A stretch of DNA of 40,407 bases from contig CAZRDR010000067.1 of the NCBI GenBank assembly GCA_964598995.1, forward strand, positions 1 to 40,407, given 5' to 3'. Made by a program: the position numbers and the translations under genes. Shown here piece after piece: positions 17,777 through 25,405 of the stretch (position 1 is the first letter of the stretch; every line of letters starts with the position of its first letter). Origin of the DNA: an uncultured Gammaproteobacteria bacterium. Lineage in GTDB: Bacteria > Patescibacteriota > Microgenomatia > Levybacterales > UBA12049. The notes under the pieces were generated by a model. The model saw only the letters and a program-made list of their open reading frames with translations, made no database searches and was not told the origin of the DNA.

Positions 17777-17827
17777 AAGCTCTTCCATACTATAGCATAT
17801 TTTCTTCCTATTCGTACACAAGTTTGC

Positions 17828-17833
17828 TATAGT
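17828..17833 (+). promoter_or_regulatory. -10 box (tTGCTATAGT) just upstream of the ferric-reductase-domain gene
   Basis: Sequence is TGCTATAGT-aact-ATG. It is divergent from the hpt TGCTATAGT box about 35 bp away. Confidence 0.45.
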
Positions 17834-17837
17834 AACT

Positions 17838-19397
17838 ATGCCTTTCATGCGCTACTCCTCTCTTCGTTTTATCATTTCGTATATTTCACTTCTTCTCGCC
17901 GGTCTCTGCTATGTTTTAGTTATCTCATTTGTTCCTTCTAATCAGCTACGAATCATCCGGCTTGACCAGATCTTCGCCTTTCTCTCACTCATCTATCTGT
18001 ATCTTGCTCTTCTTATTTCTCCACTTTTTACTGTCTTTCCGCAGTTACCCTTTCACAAACAAGCGGTCAAGTCTCGTAGGAGCATTGGCATTTTTTCATT
18101 TATCTATGCTCTTTTTCATGCAAGTTTTGCTTTTTTTGGACAATTACATGGATTTGCAGGACTTAGTTTTCTGACCTCAGATTACTTAATTTCACTTATC
18201 ATTGGCTTTATCGCACTTGAAATCATGCTCGTCTTAGCTCTGACTTCCTTTGATAAAGCGATTGACTACTTATCGTTTTCTCGTTGGAAAATTATTCATC
18301 GATTCGTGTACCTAGCTGGACTATTAGTTCTTATTCATACAGTATTACTCGGAACCCATTACCTAAATTTGGCTGGATTTATACCCGCATTAACCTTTTT
18401 ATTAGTTGCTTTGCTTCTTATAGGTGAGGCACTTAGGTTTGACAGATACCTCAGCAAAAAAAAATATGTAAATTCCAAATTCGGCATCTCTCTAGTCGGA
18501 GTTCTCATTCTGCTAACCATTGGCCTGCTAACTCTTTATGTGCCGACAACTCCTACTTCGCTTGGTATTCATGCTCAACATATTCAATTAGCTAAACTAG
18601 CCCAAAGCTCACCACTTCCTCCTAATGCCCAAGCAATTCCGGGGCTAAATGGTGATCCTCATCTGCGTTATACTGTCAGTCTTAATCACGATACAATTCA
18701 AGCGGGTCAACCAACAAATCTTAATTTCACCGTTTATAACGCCAGCAGCGGTGAGAAAGTAAAATTATTCTCACTCGTCTACACTAAGCTCATCCATCTT
18801 ATTATTGTGGATGAGTCACTAACCTACTTCCAGCATCTCCACCCAACTCAGACAGAAGACGGCTTCCAGATTACAACGACCTTCCCAACTGACGGCAGCT
18901 ATCATTTATATATAAATTTTCAGCCATACGGAGCGATTGAACAACAGATGGCTTTTACGGTCGTTGTGGGTGACAAAGATGCCCTGCCAAAAAGTACTCA
19001 GTCACCAGATACTACTCTTACTAAACAATTTGATCAATACCTAGTCACCCTTGCCTATCCGCAGCCATTAACAGCAGGTCAGCTTTCTCTTGGCCAGCAA
19101 GAGTTGGCCTTCACCCTCAAAGACGCTAAAACCAAACGACCAGTTACCGATCTTAAACCATACCTTGCAGCCTTTGGTCATTTGAGTATGATTAATGAAG
19201 CAACGTTTGATTTTATTCACGTTCACCCTTCTACCCTTACTCCACCAGCGCCTAATAGTAGCGGTGGTCCGACTGTGAAGTTCTTACCACTTGGTCTATA
19301 TGGACCTATTACGCCAGGAATCTATCGTGTTTTCGCAGAATTCAACCCTGATAATTCGTTGCTCACGACTGAGTTTACGATTAAAATTAATCCATAA
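17838..19397 (+). CDS. ferric-reductase-like (MsrQ/YedZ-type, heme b) 6-TM domain + extra TM + two tandem extracytoplasmic beta-rich domains with H-x-H-P motifs
   Basis: The family signatures RRSIGIFSFIYALFHASFAFF and WKIIHRFVYLAGLLVLIHTVLLG are the His-bearing helices. A 7th TM follows. The two repeats end in LIHLIIVDESLTYFQHLHP and GHLSMINEATFDFIHVHP. Confidence 0.7.
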   Translation: MPFMRYSSLRFIISYISLLLAGLCYVLVISFVPSNQLRIIRLDQIFAFLSLIYLYLALLISPLFTVFPQLPFHKQAVKSRRSIGIFSFIYALFHASFAFFGQLHGFAGLSFLTSDYLISLIIGFIALEIMLVLALTSFDKAIDYLSFSRWKIIHRFVYLAGLLVLIHTVLLGTHYLNLAGFIPALTFLLVALLLIGEALRFDRYLSKKKYVNSKFGISLVGVLILLTIGLLTLYVPTTPTSLGIHAQHIQLAKLAQSSPLPPNAQAIPGLNGDPHLRYTVSLNHDTIQAGQPTNLNFTVYNASSGEKVKLFSLVYTKLIHLIIVDESLTYFQHLHPTQTEDGFQITTTFPTDGSYHLYINFQPYGAIEQQMAFTVVVGDKDALPKSTQSPDTTLTKQFDQYLVTLAYPQPLTAGQLSLGQQELAFTLKDAKTKRPVTDLKPYLAAFGHLSMINEATFDFIHVHPSTLTPPAPNSSGGPTVKFLPLGLYGPITPGIYRVFAEFNPDNSLLTTEFTIKINP

Positions 19398-19399
19398 CT

Positions 19400-19924
19400 A
19401 TGCAAAGAATTTTTTCGCTCACGCTTGCACTAGTAATGCTCCTAAGTATCCCGCGACTCGTTTCTGCTCATGTGCTCTTAACCAGTGGCTCAATCGGAGC
19501 AGTCCTCCACATCGATCCTGATGATGACCCGATAGCCAACCAGCCGAGTACTTTTTTCTTTGATTTTAAAGATACTACCAATCACTTCAGTTTGCAGACT
19601 TGTGATTGCCAATTCGGAATCTTTAGTAGTGGCAAACAAATCTTTAATCAGCCACTTCCTGCATCAACAAAAACTACTGCAACTGTGACCTATACCTTCC
19701 TGACTCGCTCTGTCTACACCATAAAAGTAGCTGGTAAGCCAACGGACGGGAGTTCTTTTTCGCCGTTCACCTTAAGTTATGACGTCAGAGTCTCACGAAG
19801 TAGCAATCAACCGCAGACAGAAAATGGTCAATCACCCTATCTTCTCTATATTGTTGGGGTAAGTTTACTTGTTTTTCTTATTATTTTTGTTATTATGAAA
19901 CAGCGAAAAAGTCACGTACACTAA
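19400..19924 (+). CDS. secreted, C-terminally TM-anchored protein maturing to N-terminal His (CopC/YtkA-like Ig-fold suspected)
   Basis: The signal peptide ends ...PRLVSA|HVLL. The mature N-terminus is HVLLTSGSIGAVLHIDPDDDP. The C-terminus has a TM helix plus a basic tail. The gene lies 2 nt after the upstream stop. Confidence 0.6.
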   Translation: MQRIFSLTLALVMLLSIPRLVSAHVLLTSGSIGAVLHIDPDDDPIANQPSTFFFDFKDTTNHFSLQTCDCQFGIFSSGKQIFNQPLPASTKTTATVTYTFLTRSVYTIKVAGKPTDGSSFSPFTLSYDVRVSRSSNQPQTENGQSPYLLYIVGVSLLVFLIIFVIMKQRKSHVH

Positions 19925-20515
19925 ATGAAATTAACTCAAGCTCTTGGCATCATTCTGAGTTCCTTCGTATTTCTCCTTGTCTCCCAGGCGTCTGCCCACG
20001 TTGTCGTCAAACCAAACACTATCGGGATAGGCAGCACTGAGACCTTCAAAGTCAATGTGCCGACTGAGAAAGATATACCAACCGTTGGGCTTCGCCTGCT
20101 GATTCCCTCCGGAGTAACTTCAGTTGTGCCACTGGTAAAACCTGGCTGGACGATATCATTGAAAAAAGATGGTGATACGGTCACTGAGATTGACTGGAGT
20201 AATGGCACAATTCCTCCAGAACAGAAAGATGAATTTAGTTTTAGCGCCAAGGTCCCCGCTAAAGAAACGACTCTAATCTGGAAAGCCTACCAGGAATACG
20301 CAGATGGCAGTATAGTTGAGTGGACTCATGCACCATCAAAAAATGAAGACGACGATGCTAATCCTCCATACTCAACCACGAAAGTCATGAATGACCTCGG
20401 ATCAGCTCCGCCGATAGCTCCGACTACTGACCCATCCCTTCGCGTGATTAGCTACTCAGCTCTTGGGATTGGAATTGTTGCCCTGGGAATGTCCCTAGCA
20501 AAACGGAAAAAATAA
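19925..20515 (+). CDS. ycnI: YcnI family (DUF1775) copper-binding protein
   Basis: SA|HVVVKPNT...TFKVNVPTEKD...PGW...YQEYADGSIVEWTH closely parallels B. subtilis YcnI (AHVSVKP..., YQYYKDGSIVEWTG). It has a C-terminal TM anchor and starts immediately after the upstream stop. Confidence 0.88.
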   Translation: MKLTQALGIILSSFVFLLVSQASAHVVVKPNTIGIGSTETFKVNVPTEKDIPTVGLRLLIPSGVTSVVPLVKPGWTISLKKDGDTVTEIDWSNGTIPPEQKDEFSFSAKVPAKETTLIWKAYQEYADGSIVEWTHAPSKNEDDDANPPYSTTKVMNDLGSAPPIAPTTDPSLRVISYSALGIGIVALGMSLAKRKK

Positions 20516-20522
20516 TCGCGAC

Positions 20523-21380
20523 ATGATCCTCAAAAAATATTTTGTAGTTAGTGTTACTTTCATCGTTCTTCTCTTAACATTGCCTCATCCAGTATCTGCA
20601 CATTTAGCAGGCCAACCGCCATTTTTTTTGATAAACGGTAAATACTCAAGCTACTATCCAATTTATGTCTCATCACTCAAAGATTTTTTATTACCGCAAG
20701 ATAGTGCTCCGGAAAATTATTTGGTTAACCAACCCCTCTCATTTGAAATTGACCAGCAAATGCTTCCTTATCCTGAAGATGTACTCGGCAAGATAATCTA
20801 TATGTGGGATTTTGGTGATGGCACGAAAACAACAGGAGTAAAAACGGAGCATAGCTATACGAAAATGGGATCATATCTCCTAACTATTCATGCAGACTTT
20901 GGTGGATACAGTGATGCCAACACAAAATCACTCATTCAAGCAATACTTATCAATATTTTACCTAAATCTTCTTATCGATTACCAAAAGCCATTATTAGTG
21001 TAAATGACAAGAAAATTACTGACCCAACCACCCAATCGGTAACAATAACCTCACACCCAGTCAGTCTTGATGCAAGGAATTCAGAGAGCGGATCTGCTCC
21101 CATAGTTACGTATATGTGGGATCTCGGCGATGGGAAGAAAAGTGAAGAAAGTAATATTAAACATACATACTCAGATCAAAACCAGCTTTATATCTTTCCC
21201 TTCCTCCGCGTCAAGGATAGAAATGGTTTTATTAGTGACACCTATGTTCAATTCAATAAGACTGTTTCTTCTCCTAAGTCTAATGAGACGAATTCATCAT
21301 CCCTTCCGCTTATTTTGGGATTACTAGGGATAAATATCCTGATAATTACCATAGTAATTACCCTGCTGAAGAAGCGTTAA
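20523..21380 (+). CDS. secreted PKD-domain protein maturing to N-terminal His, C-terminal TM anchor
   Basis: The signal peptide ends ...PHPVSA|HLAGQPPFF. Two PKD-type repeats are present (WDFGDGTKTTGVKTEHSYTKMGSYLLTI and WDLGDGKKSEESNIKHTYSDQNQ). The C-terminus has a TM helix plus KKR. Confidence 0.7.
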   Translation: MILKKYFVVSVTFIVLLLTLPHPVSAHLAGQPPFFLINGKYSSYYPIYVSSLKDFLLPQDSAPENYLVNQPLSFEIDQQMLPYPEDVLGKIIYMWDFGDGTKTTGVKTEHSYTKMGSYLLTIHADFGGYSDANTKSLIQAILINILPKSSYRLPKAIISVNDKKITDPTTQSVTITSHPVSLDARNSESGSAPIVTYMWDLGDGKKSEESNIKHTYSDQNQLYIFPFLRVKDRNGFISDTYVQFNKTVSSPKSNETNSSSLPLILGLLGINILIITIVITLLKKR

Positions 21381-21637
21381 AAGCGAGGCTCTTTAGAGAA
21401 GACAGTTCGCTGTACCATTAAGAGAAGGAGACTCATTGAGAGAACGATAATAAAAGTTGAGATATCTACACCAAATCCTCCGCCTAATAAAAGTGTTGCT
21501 GCTAAGCCGCCTGCAACTGAACCGCTAATACCAAAAAGTATTGATCCGAGGAGTCCACCTTTCGCTTCATTAGTATCAAGAAACCGACTAGCAATTCCTA
21601 TAATGATTCCTAGCCCAATCCAAAGTAATATTGTCAT
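21377..21637 (-). CDS. GlsB/YeaQ/YmgE family stress membrane protein (second paralog)
   Basis: MTILLWIGLGIIIGIASRFL...GSVAGGLAA matches the family. A TAGTAT box lies 7 nt upstream of the ATG and there is no SD. Confidence 0.8.
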   Translation of the reverse strand: MTILLWIGLGIIIGIASRFLDTNEAKGGLLGSILFGISGSVAGGLAATLLLGGGFGVDISTFIIVLSMSLLLLMVQRTVFSKEPRF

Positions 21638-21854
21638 ATACCCTATACTAAACCGTATCTGTGAAAAATTGTGAAAAAAATTGTAAGAGGATCGGAAGAA
21701 GTTACTTATTTAGTCTCTAAAAACATAAAGGATGCGCACTTGTGTGCCCATCCTTCATAGTCAACCAGGGAATATAATAACTATACTTTACTCCCTCTCA
21801 GTAAAAATAAAAACTAAATATGGTAACAAACATGTTAAAGTAATAACAACGAGG

Positions 21855-21860
21855 TATAAT
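21855..21860 (+). promoter_or_regulatory. -10 box (TATAAT) 6 nt upstream of the ATG at 21867
   Basis: Sequence is ggTATAAT-agagcc-ATG. Confidence 0.45.
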
Positions 21861-21866
21861 AGAGCC

Positions 21867-22223
21867 ATGTCACAACCAACAAATTATTATAAAGGTGCTA
21901 TCTGGACGACGCATGCACTTGAGCGACTTGGGCAACGCGGCTTATCGCAAGATCTTGCCTGGCAAGCTTTTTCTCATCCTGACCAACACTTCCCAGGCAA
22001 AAATCCTGGAACTGTTGAGTATCAAAAACGTTTCGGGCCATCTGTTGTTACTGTAATCGCCAAGCAGAATGAAAAACGTGAATGGATTATTCTCTCAAAT
22101 TGGATTGATCCACCCTTACCTGGAACAATTGATTACTACAAAAAAGAAGAGTACAAGAGTTATCAAAAGAAAGGCTTCTGGGGAAAATTTTTCTTTACGC
22201 TTAAAAAACAATTATTTGGCTGA
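21867..22223 (+). CDS. hypothetical protein, DUF4258-like (toxin-fold) N-terminus
   Basis: IWTTHALERLGQRGLS resembles the H-A-x-E-R-x-x-x-R-G-I motif of DUF4258. The start was chosen at the internal Met behind a -10 box. The upstream part of the track ORF (from 21732) runs through a hairpin and looks noncoding. Confidence 0.4.
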   Translation: MSQPTNYYKGAIWTTHALERLGQRGLSQDLAWQAFSHPDQHFPGKNPGTVEYQKRFGPSVVTVIAKQNEKREWIILSNWIDPPLPGTIDYYKKEEYKSYQKKGFWGKFFFTLKKQLFG

Positions 22224-22808
22224 TTTATCAGCATCTCTTGCTTTTTTCAGTGCATCAGCCCACCAGTATAATTGATCATTTAATTTCTGCAGCTTCCTAA
22301 CATTTGCTTCAACTAACATATTGCCTGATTCATCAAAGACCTGTTCGCCGCTGAATAAGCCGATATGGACACCTTCGCGAATCGGTGCCATTTGTAGTTC
22401 TATTGCTACCAAGCGCAGATGTTCAACCGCGCGTGAGCCGTTAGCACTTCCGCCATAACTGAGAAAGGCAACGGGCTTATTACTCCATTCATGATAGATG
22501 CTATCTAGTGCGCTTTTGAGAACGGCTGGGTAACTATGGTTATATTCAGGCGTAATAATTAAAAATGCATCGGCACTTGAGATCTTCTCAGCCCATTTTT
22601 GACGAACCTCTGGAGAATATGGTGGTTTGAGCATCCCGGCTGGAATCGGATCATCATAATACGGGAGTTGATAGTCCCGAAGATCCAACAGCTCGACATC
22701 GAAGTTCTTGCAGTCTTTTAATTCCTGCAGCACCCAGGAAGCAATTTTTTCTCCCTGACGATTTTGTCTCGTACTTGCAAGAATAACTTTTAAGTTCATA
22801 ATTGACAC
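22212..22808 (-). CDS. NAD(P)H-dependent FMN reductase family oxidoreductase
   Basis: MNLKVILASTRQNRQGEKIASWV..., ITPEYNHSYP and LSYGGSANG are FMN_red family motifs. Confidence 0.8.
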   Translation of the reverse strand: MSIMNLKVILASTRQNRQGEKIASWVLQELKDCKNFDVELLDLRDYQLPYYDDPIPAGMLKPPYSPEVRQKWAEKISSADAFLIITPEYNHSYPAVLKSALDSIYHEWSNKPVAFLSYGGSANGSRAVEHLRLVAIELQMAPIREGVHIGLFSGEQVFDESGNMLVEANVRKLQKLNDQLYWWADALKKARDADKSAK

Positions 22809-22819
22809 TGTAACACCTA

Positions 22820-22838
22820 TACTTTAAAATGTAAAGTA
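22820..22838. promoter_or_regulatory. inverted repeat TACTTTA-N5-TAAAGTA in the divergent FMN-reductase/hxlR intergenic region (candidate HxlR operator)
   Basis: Perfect 7-bp arms, nested in GTAAC...GTTAC. It is located between two divergent starts. Confidence 0.45.
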
Positions 22839-22855
22839 GTTACAAAAAATAAAGT

Positions 22856-23161
22856 ATGGAACCAAATCTGTGTGGAGTCTCTACGACAATTAAAATCATC
22901 GGAAGAAAATGGACTATTCTTATTCTTCACCAACTATGCAGCGGTACCAAACGATTTGGTGAACTGCAGCGTTCACTTCCTGGTATTAGTCCCAAAACAT
23001 TGTCAGAACGATTAAAAGAACTTGAAGAAGACGAGATTGTTAGAAAAAAAATATTTCAAGAAATTCCTCTGCATGTCGAGTATTCACTCACAAGAAAAGG
23101 ACAAAGCTTAAAAGATATTATTAATCAGATGGAAACGTGGGGGGAAACCAAAGGGAATTAG
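22856..23161 (+). CDS. HxlR-family winged-helix transcriptional regulator
   Basis: GRKWTILILHQL..GTKRFGELQRSLPGISPKTLSERLKELEEDEIV is canonical HxlR. Confidence 0.85.
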   Translation: MEPNLCGVSTTIKIIGRKWTILILHQLCSGTKRFGELQRSLPGISPKTLSERLKELEEDEIVRKKIFQEIPLHVEYSLTRKGQSLKDIINQMETWGETKGN

Positions 23162-23388
23162 ATTCCTTTTTGTTTTAAACAATCCTTATAGAAAGAATCG
23201 ATTGGATATGTAACTGTTCCCGTGCCATCTTTTCGCTCAAAACGAGCTGATAATGCACAATTATCGATTGCGTTATCTTTCAAAAAGGTATCAACTCTTG
23301 TTAACCCTAAGTAAAATGCCACAAAAAGCAAGATAACAGCAACGAATAATACGCCAACAATTGGTGAGACCTCATTAACTTTTGTCAT
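23158..23388 (-). CDS. small N-terminally anchored hypothetical protein
   Basis: It has a TM helix PIVGVLFVAVILLFVAFYLGL followed by a ~45-aa soluble tail with 2 Cys. The alternative start is 23424. Confidence 0.45.
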   Translation of the reverse strand: MTKVNEVSPIVGVLFVAVILLFVAFYLGLTRVDTFLKDNAIDNCALSARFERKDGTGTVTYPIDSFYKDCLKQKGI

Positions 23389-23445
23389 GTGGCCGATAGT
23401 ATCATAAACACTGGTCCATGTCAATGATCTGAGGCGGTATAGTAA

Positions 23446-23610
23446 TTATTTATTAACAACGAGGTCGTAGGGAATTGGTGACTCAAAAGAGAACTTTAAC
23501 TGTGTTGCTTGCGCGGGGGACGACGCACTTACTTCAGTGAGTGGTTGATAGAAGCTTAATGAAACGTAGAGAGTTAGTCCTAATACTGAACCGATAATTA
23601 CTTTGAGCAT
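23446..23610 (-). CDS. small N-terminally anchored hypothetical protein
   Basis: MLKVIIGSVLGLTLYVSLSF is a TM helix. The start was chosen behind a TACTAT box at 6-nt spacing. The alternative start is 23652. Confidence 0.4.
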   Translation of the reverse strand: MLKVIIGSVLGLTLYVSLSFYQPLTEVSASSPAQATQLKFSFESPIPYDLVVNK

Positions 23611-23680
23611 GTCCTCATAGTAAGGTCTGCACGTAAGAACAACTTCTAACAACTGTAAAAAAAACGCAAGAGACTGATAC

Positions 23681-24127
23681 TTAACGAGGACAGGTCACGC
23701 TAGCAATTTTCCAATTCTCTCCTACTTTTTGTACTCCAACTGTCAAGAGCTTAGTCATACCAGCATATAATGCGTGGACGGTTGCTTGAGCTTGTTTTGG
23801 ATTATTAATAAGCTCATTGACGACAAAGCTGTCAGGGTAGGTGTCAAAACAGATAACTTGCTTATCATCTGAATTCATATCGAACGAATCAACAGCCAAG
23901 TCATGCATGGCTTTACAATTACTGAAATTAAGTCCTTGTCGATGGCAAGCGTTAAGTTCCGAATAGAATGTGATCACTGCGAGTTTTACTTCAGTTTCAG
24001 TGGTATCTTTAACAATAGTTTGTGGAGAGGGTGCAACGAGCTGATGCTTAAATGTTTTATACTTTCCCAAGGTAACAACGCTCATTAGTGCTGCAAAGAA
24101 TACTACCACCTGAACTATACGTACCAT
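23681..24127 (-). CDS. secreted/anchored hypothetical protein (4 Cys, NTF2-like size)
   Basis: It has an N-terminal signal/anchor IVQVVVFFAALMSVVTL. I recognise no family. Confidence 0.5.
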   Translation of the reverse strand: MVRIVQVVVFFAALMSVVTLGKYKTFKHQLVAPSPQTIVKDTTETEVKLAVITFYSELNACHRQGLNFSNCKAMHDLAVDSFDMNSDDKQVICFDTYPDSFVVNELINNPKQAQATVHALYAGMTKLLTVGVQKVGENWKIASVTCPR

Positions 24128-24162
24128 ATGACACTAGTATAGTACTATAGTCAGAGACTCGC

Positions 24163-24168
24163 TATAAT
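24163..24168 (+). promoter_or_regulatory. -10 box (TATAAT) 6 nt upstream of the msrA ATG; leaderless configuration
   Basis: Sequence is cgcTATAAT-agattt-ATG. A palindromic TATAGTACTATA nearby could serve the divergent gene. Confidence 0.5.
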
Positions 24169-24174
24169 AGATTT

Positions 24175-24714
24175 ATGGAGACAGCGACACTTGCAGGCGG
24201 ATGTTTTTGGTGTACCGAAGCCATTTTTAAAAGACTGAAAGGTGTGACTTCAGTTGAGTCAGGTTATTCTGGAGGACAAATGGATAACCCTAACTATGAC
24301 AAAGTTAGTATGGGAACGACAGGGCATGCAGAAGCAGTACAAATCACTTTCGATCCGAACATTATCTCTTACGCGACACTCCTTGATGTATTCTGGAAAC
24401 TCCATGATCCAACGACTCTTAATAAACAAGGCGCTGATGTCGGTACACAATATAGATCAGTCATTTTCTACCATACTGATGAACAAAAGAAAATTGCTGA
24501 AAAATCCAAAAGCGAGCTTGAGAAGTCAGGCATCTATTATGACCCCATCGTGACACAGATCGTACCATTTGAAAAATTCTATAAAGCAGAGGATTATCAC
24601 CAAGAATATTATTATACCAATGCAACTAATCCATATTGCCGCATTGTTATCGATCCTAAAATTACGAAGCTCTATAAAGATTTCTCTTCACTTGTAAAAG
24701 AAGAAAGTAAATAA
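24175..24714 (+). CDS. msrA: peptide-methionine (S)-S-oxide reductase
   Basis: It has the GGCFWCTEA active-site motif and GHAEAVQITFDP. Confidence 0.92.
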   Translation: METATLAGGCFWCTEAIFKRLKGVTSVESGYSGGQMDNPNYDKVSMGTTGHAEAVQITFDPNIISYATLLDVFWKLHDPTTLNKQGADVGTQYRSVIFYHTDEQKKIAEKSKSELEKSGIYYDPIVTQIVPFEKFYKAEDYHQEYYYTNATNPYCRIVIDPKITKLYKDFSSLVKEESK

Positions 24715-24724
24715 GAGGATACCG

Positions 24725-25270
24725 TTATTTCTTTTTCTTATGAGGAAATGAGGTTATAAGTATTGTGAAGAATATTACTGCCTCTGTGACAGCCCAGCCG
24801 AGCATAACATCAGTCTGCAACTTCTCTACTCTATTCTCCACCTCGCGAAGCGACCTGCCTGCTAAGACATAGCCATCGGTTCTGCCACTAAAATGCTTAA
24901 CAACTGCAGCAATACGTACTCCATCTTGAGGCTGCCAGGTAAATCTGTCGTCTGGATGCTCTTTGGCATAGGCAAATACTCCTTTCGGAAGTGCTGGGAC
25001 TTTACCATTGAGTTGACCTGACGATGAGATGATTGTCCCATCTGCATCGTAGATAATCTCAAAAGGTGAGAGACTCTTGCCAATATCGACTCGAGGGAGA
25101 CTGGTAATTTGAAATGTATCTTTCTGAGTTGAAAGCTGTGAAGCAGTATCCTCTGCCATCTGAATCTGAGGGTCATTGGCGCTAAGCCTGAGGCTTTGTT
25201 GGGTAACGAGAAAAATTAACCCGCTGAGTAGGGTCGTGATGAGACTTAAAAGGACAAAACGTCCGAGCAT
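24725..25270 (-). CDS. TM-loop-TM membrane protein resembling a stand-alone extracytoplasmic sensor module
   Basis: There are two TM helices, at the N- and C-termini. Between them is a ~130-aa loop beginning QQSLRLSANDPQIQMAEDTA. No cytoplasmic output domain is present. Confidence 0.5.
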   Translation of the reverse strand: MLGRFVLLSLITTLLSGLIFLVTQQSLRLSANDPQIQMAEDTASQLSTQKDTFQITSLPRVDIGKSLSPFEIIYDADGTIISSSGQLNGKVPALPKGVFAYAKEHPDDRFTWQPQDGVRIAAVVKHFSGRTDGYVLAGRSLREVENRVEKLQTDVMLGWAVTEAVIFFTILITSFPHKKKK

Positions 25271-25393
25271 ACAACCTCATCTTATCTATACGCCTTATCC
25301 AGGTGTTTGTCAAATTTGCCACTCAAACCCCAGACTCCTTCTGTTCTTGCCATGTTCTTACAATTTTTTTATCAGCTTATTGCTGTGATCGCG

Positions 25394-25399
25394 TAGAAT
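25394..25399 (+). promoter_or_regulatory. -10 box (TAGAAT) 6 nt upstream of the ATG at 25406
   Basis: Sequence is gcgTAGAAT-acactc-ATG. Confidence 0.45.
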
Positions 25400-25405
25400 A
25401 CACTC

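Noticed and set aside
17777-17848. N-terminal extensions of track ORFs (hpt to 17848, yeaQ1 to 16056, 21732, 30706, 37487, 23652, 23424)
   Set aside because: In each case an internal Met is preceded by either the recurring -10 box or the AAGGAGGTG SD. The extension also adds sequence atypical for the family.
21728-21755. A strong hairpin (AAGGATG-c-GCAC / GTGC-c-CATCCTT, loop TTGT) in the yeaQ2 / DUF4258-like intergenic region, plus the nearby direct repeats TGTGAAAAA(AA)TTGT at 21660-21686
   Set aside because: The hairpin is not followed by a convincing U-tract on the plus strand. No upstream gene on the minus strand would need it. I could not connect it to a known RNA motif. It does argue against the long track ORF starting at 21732.
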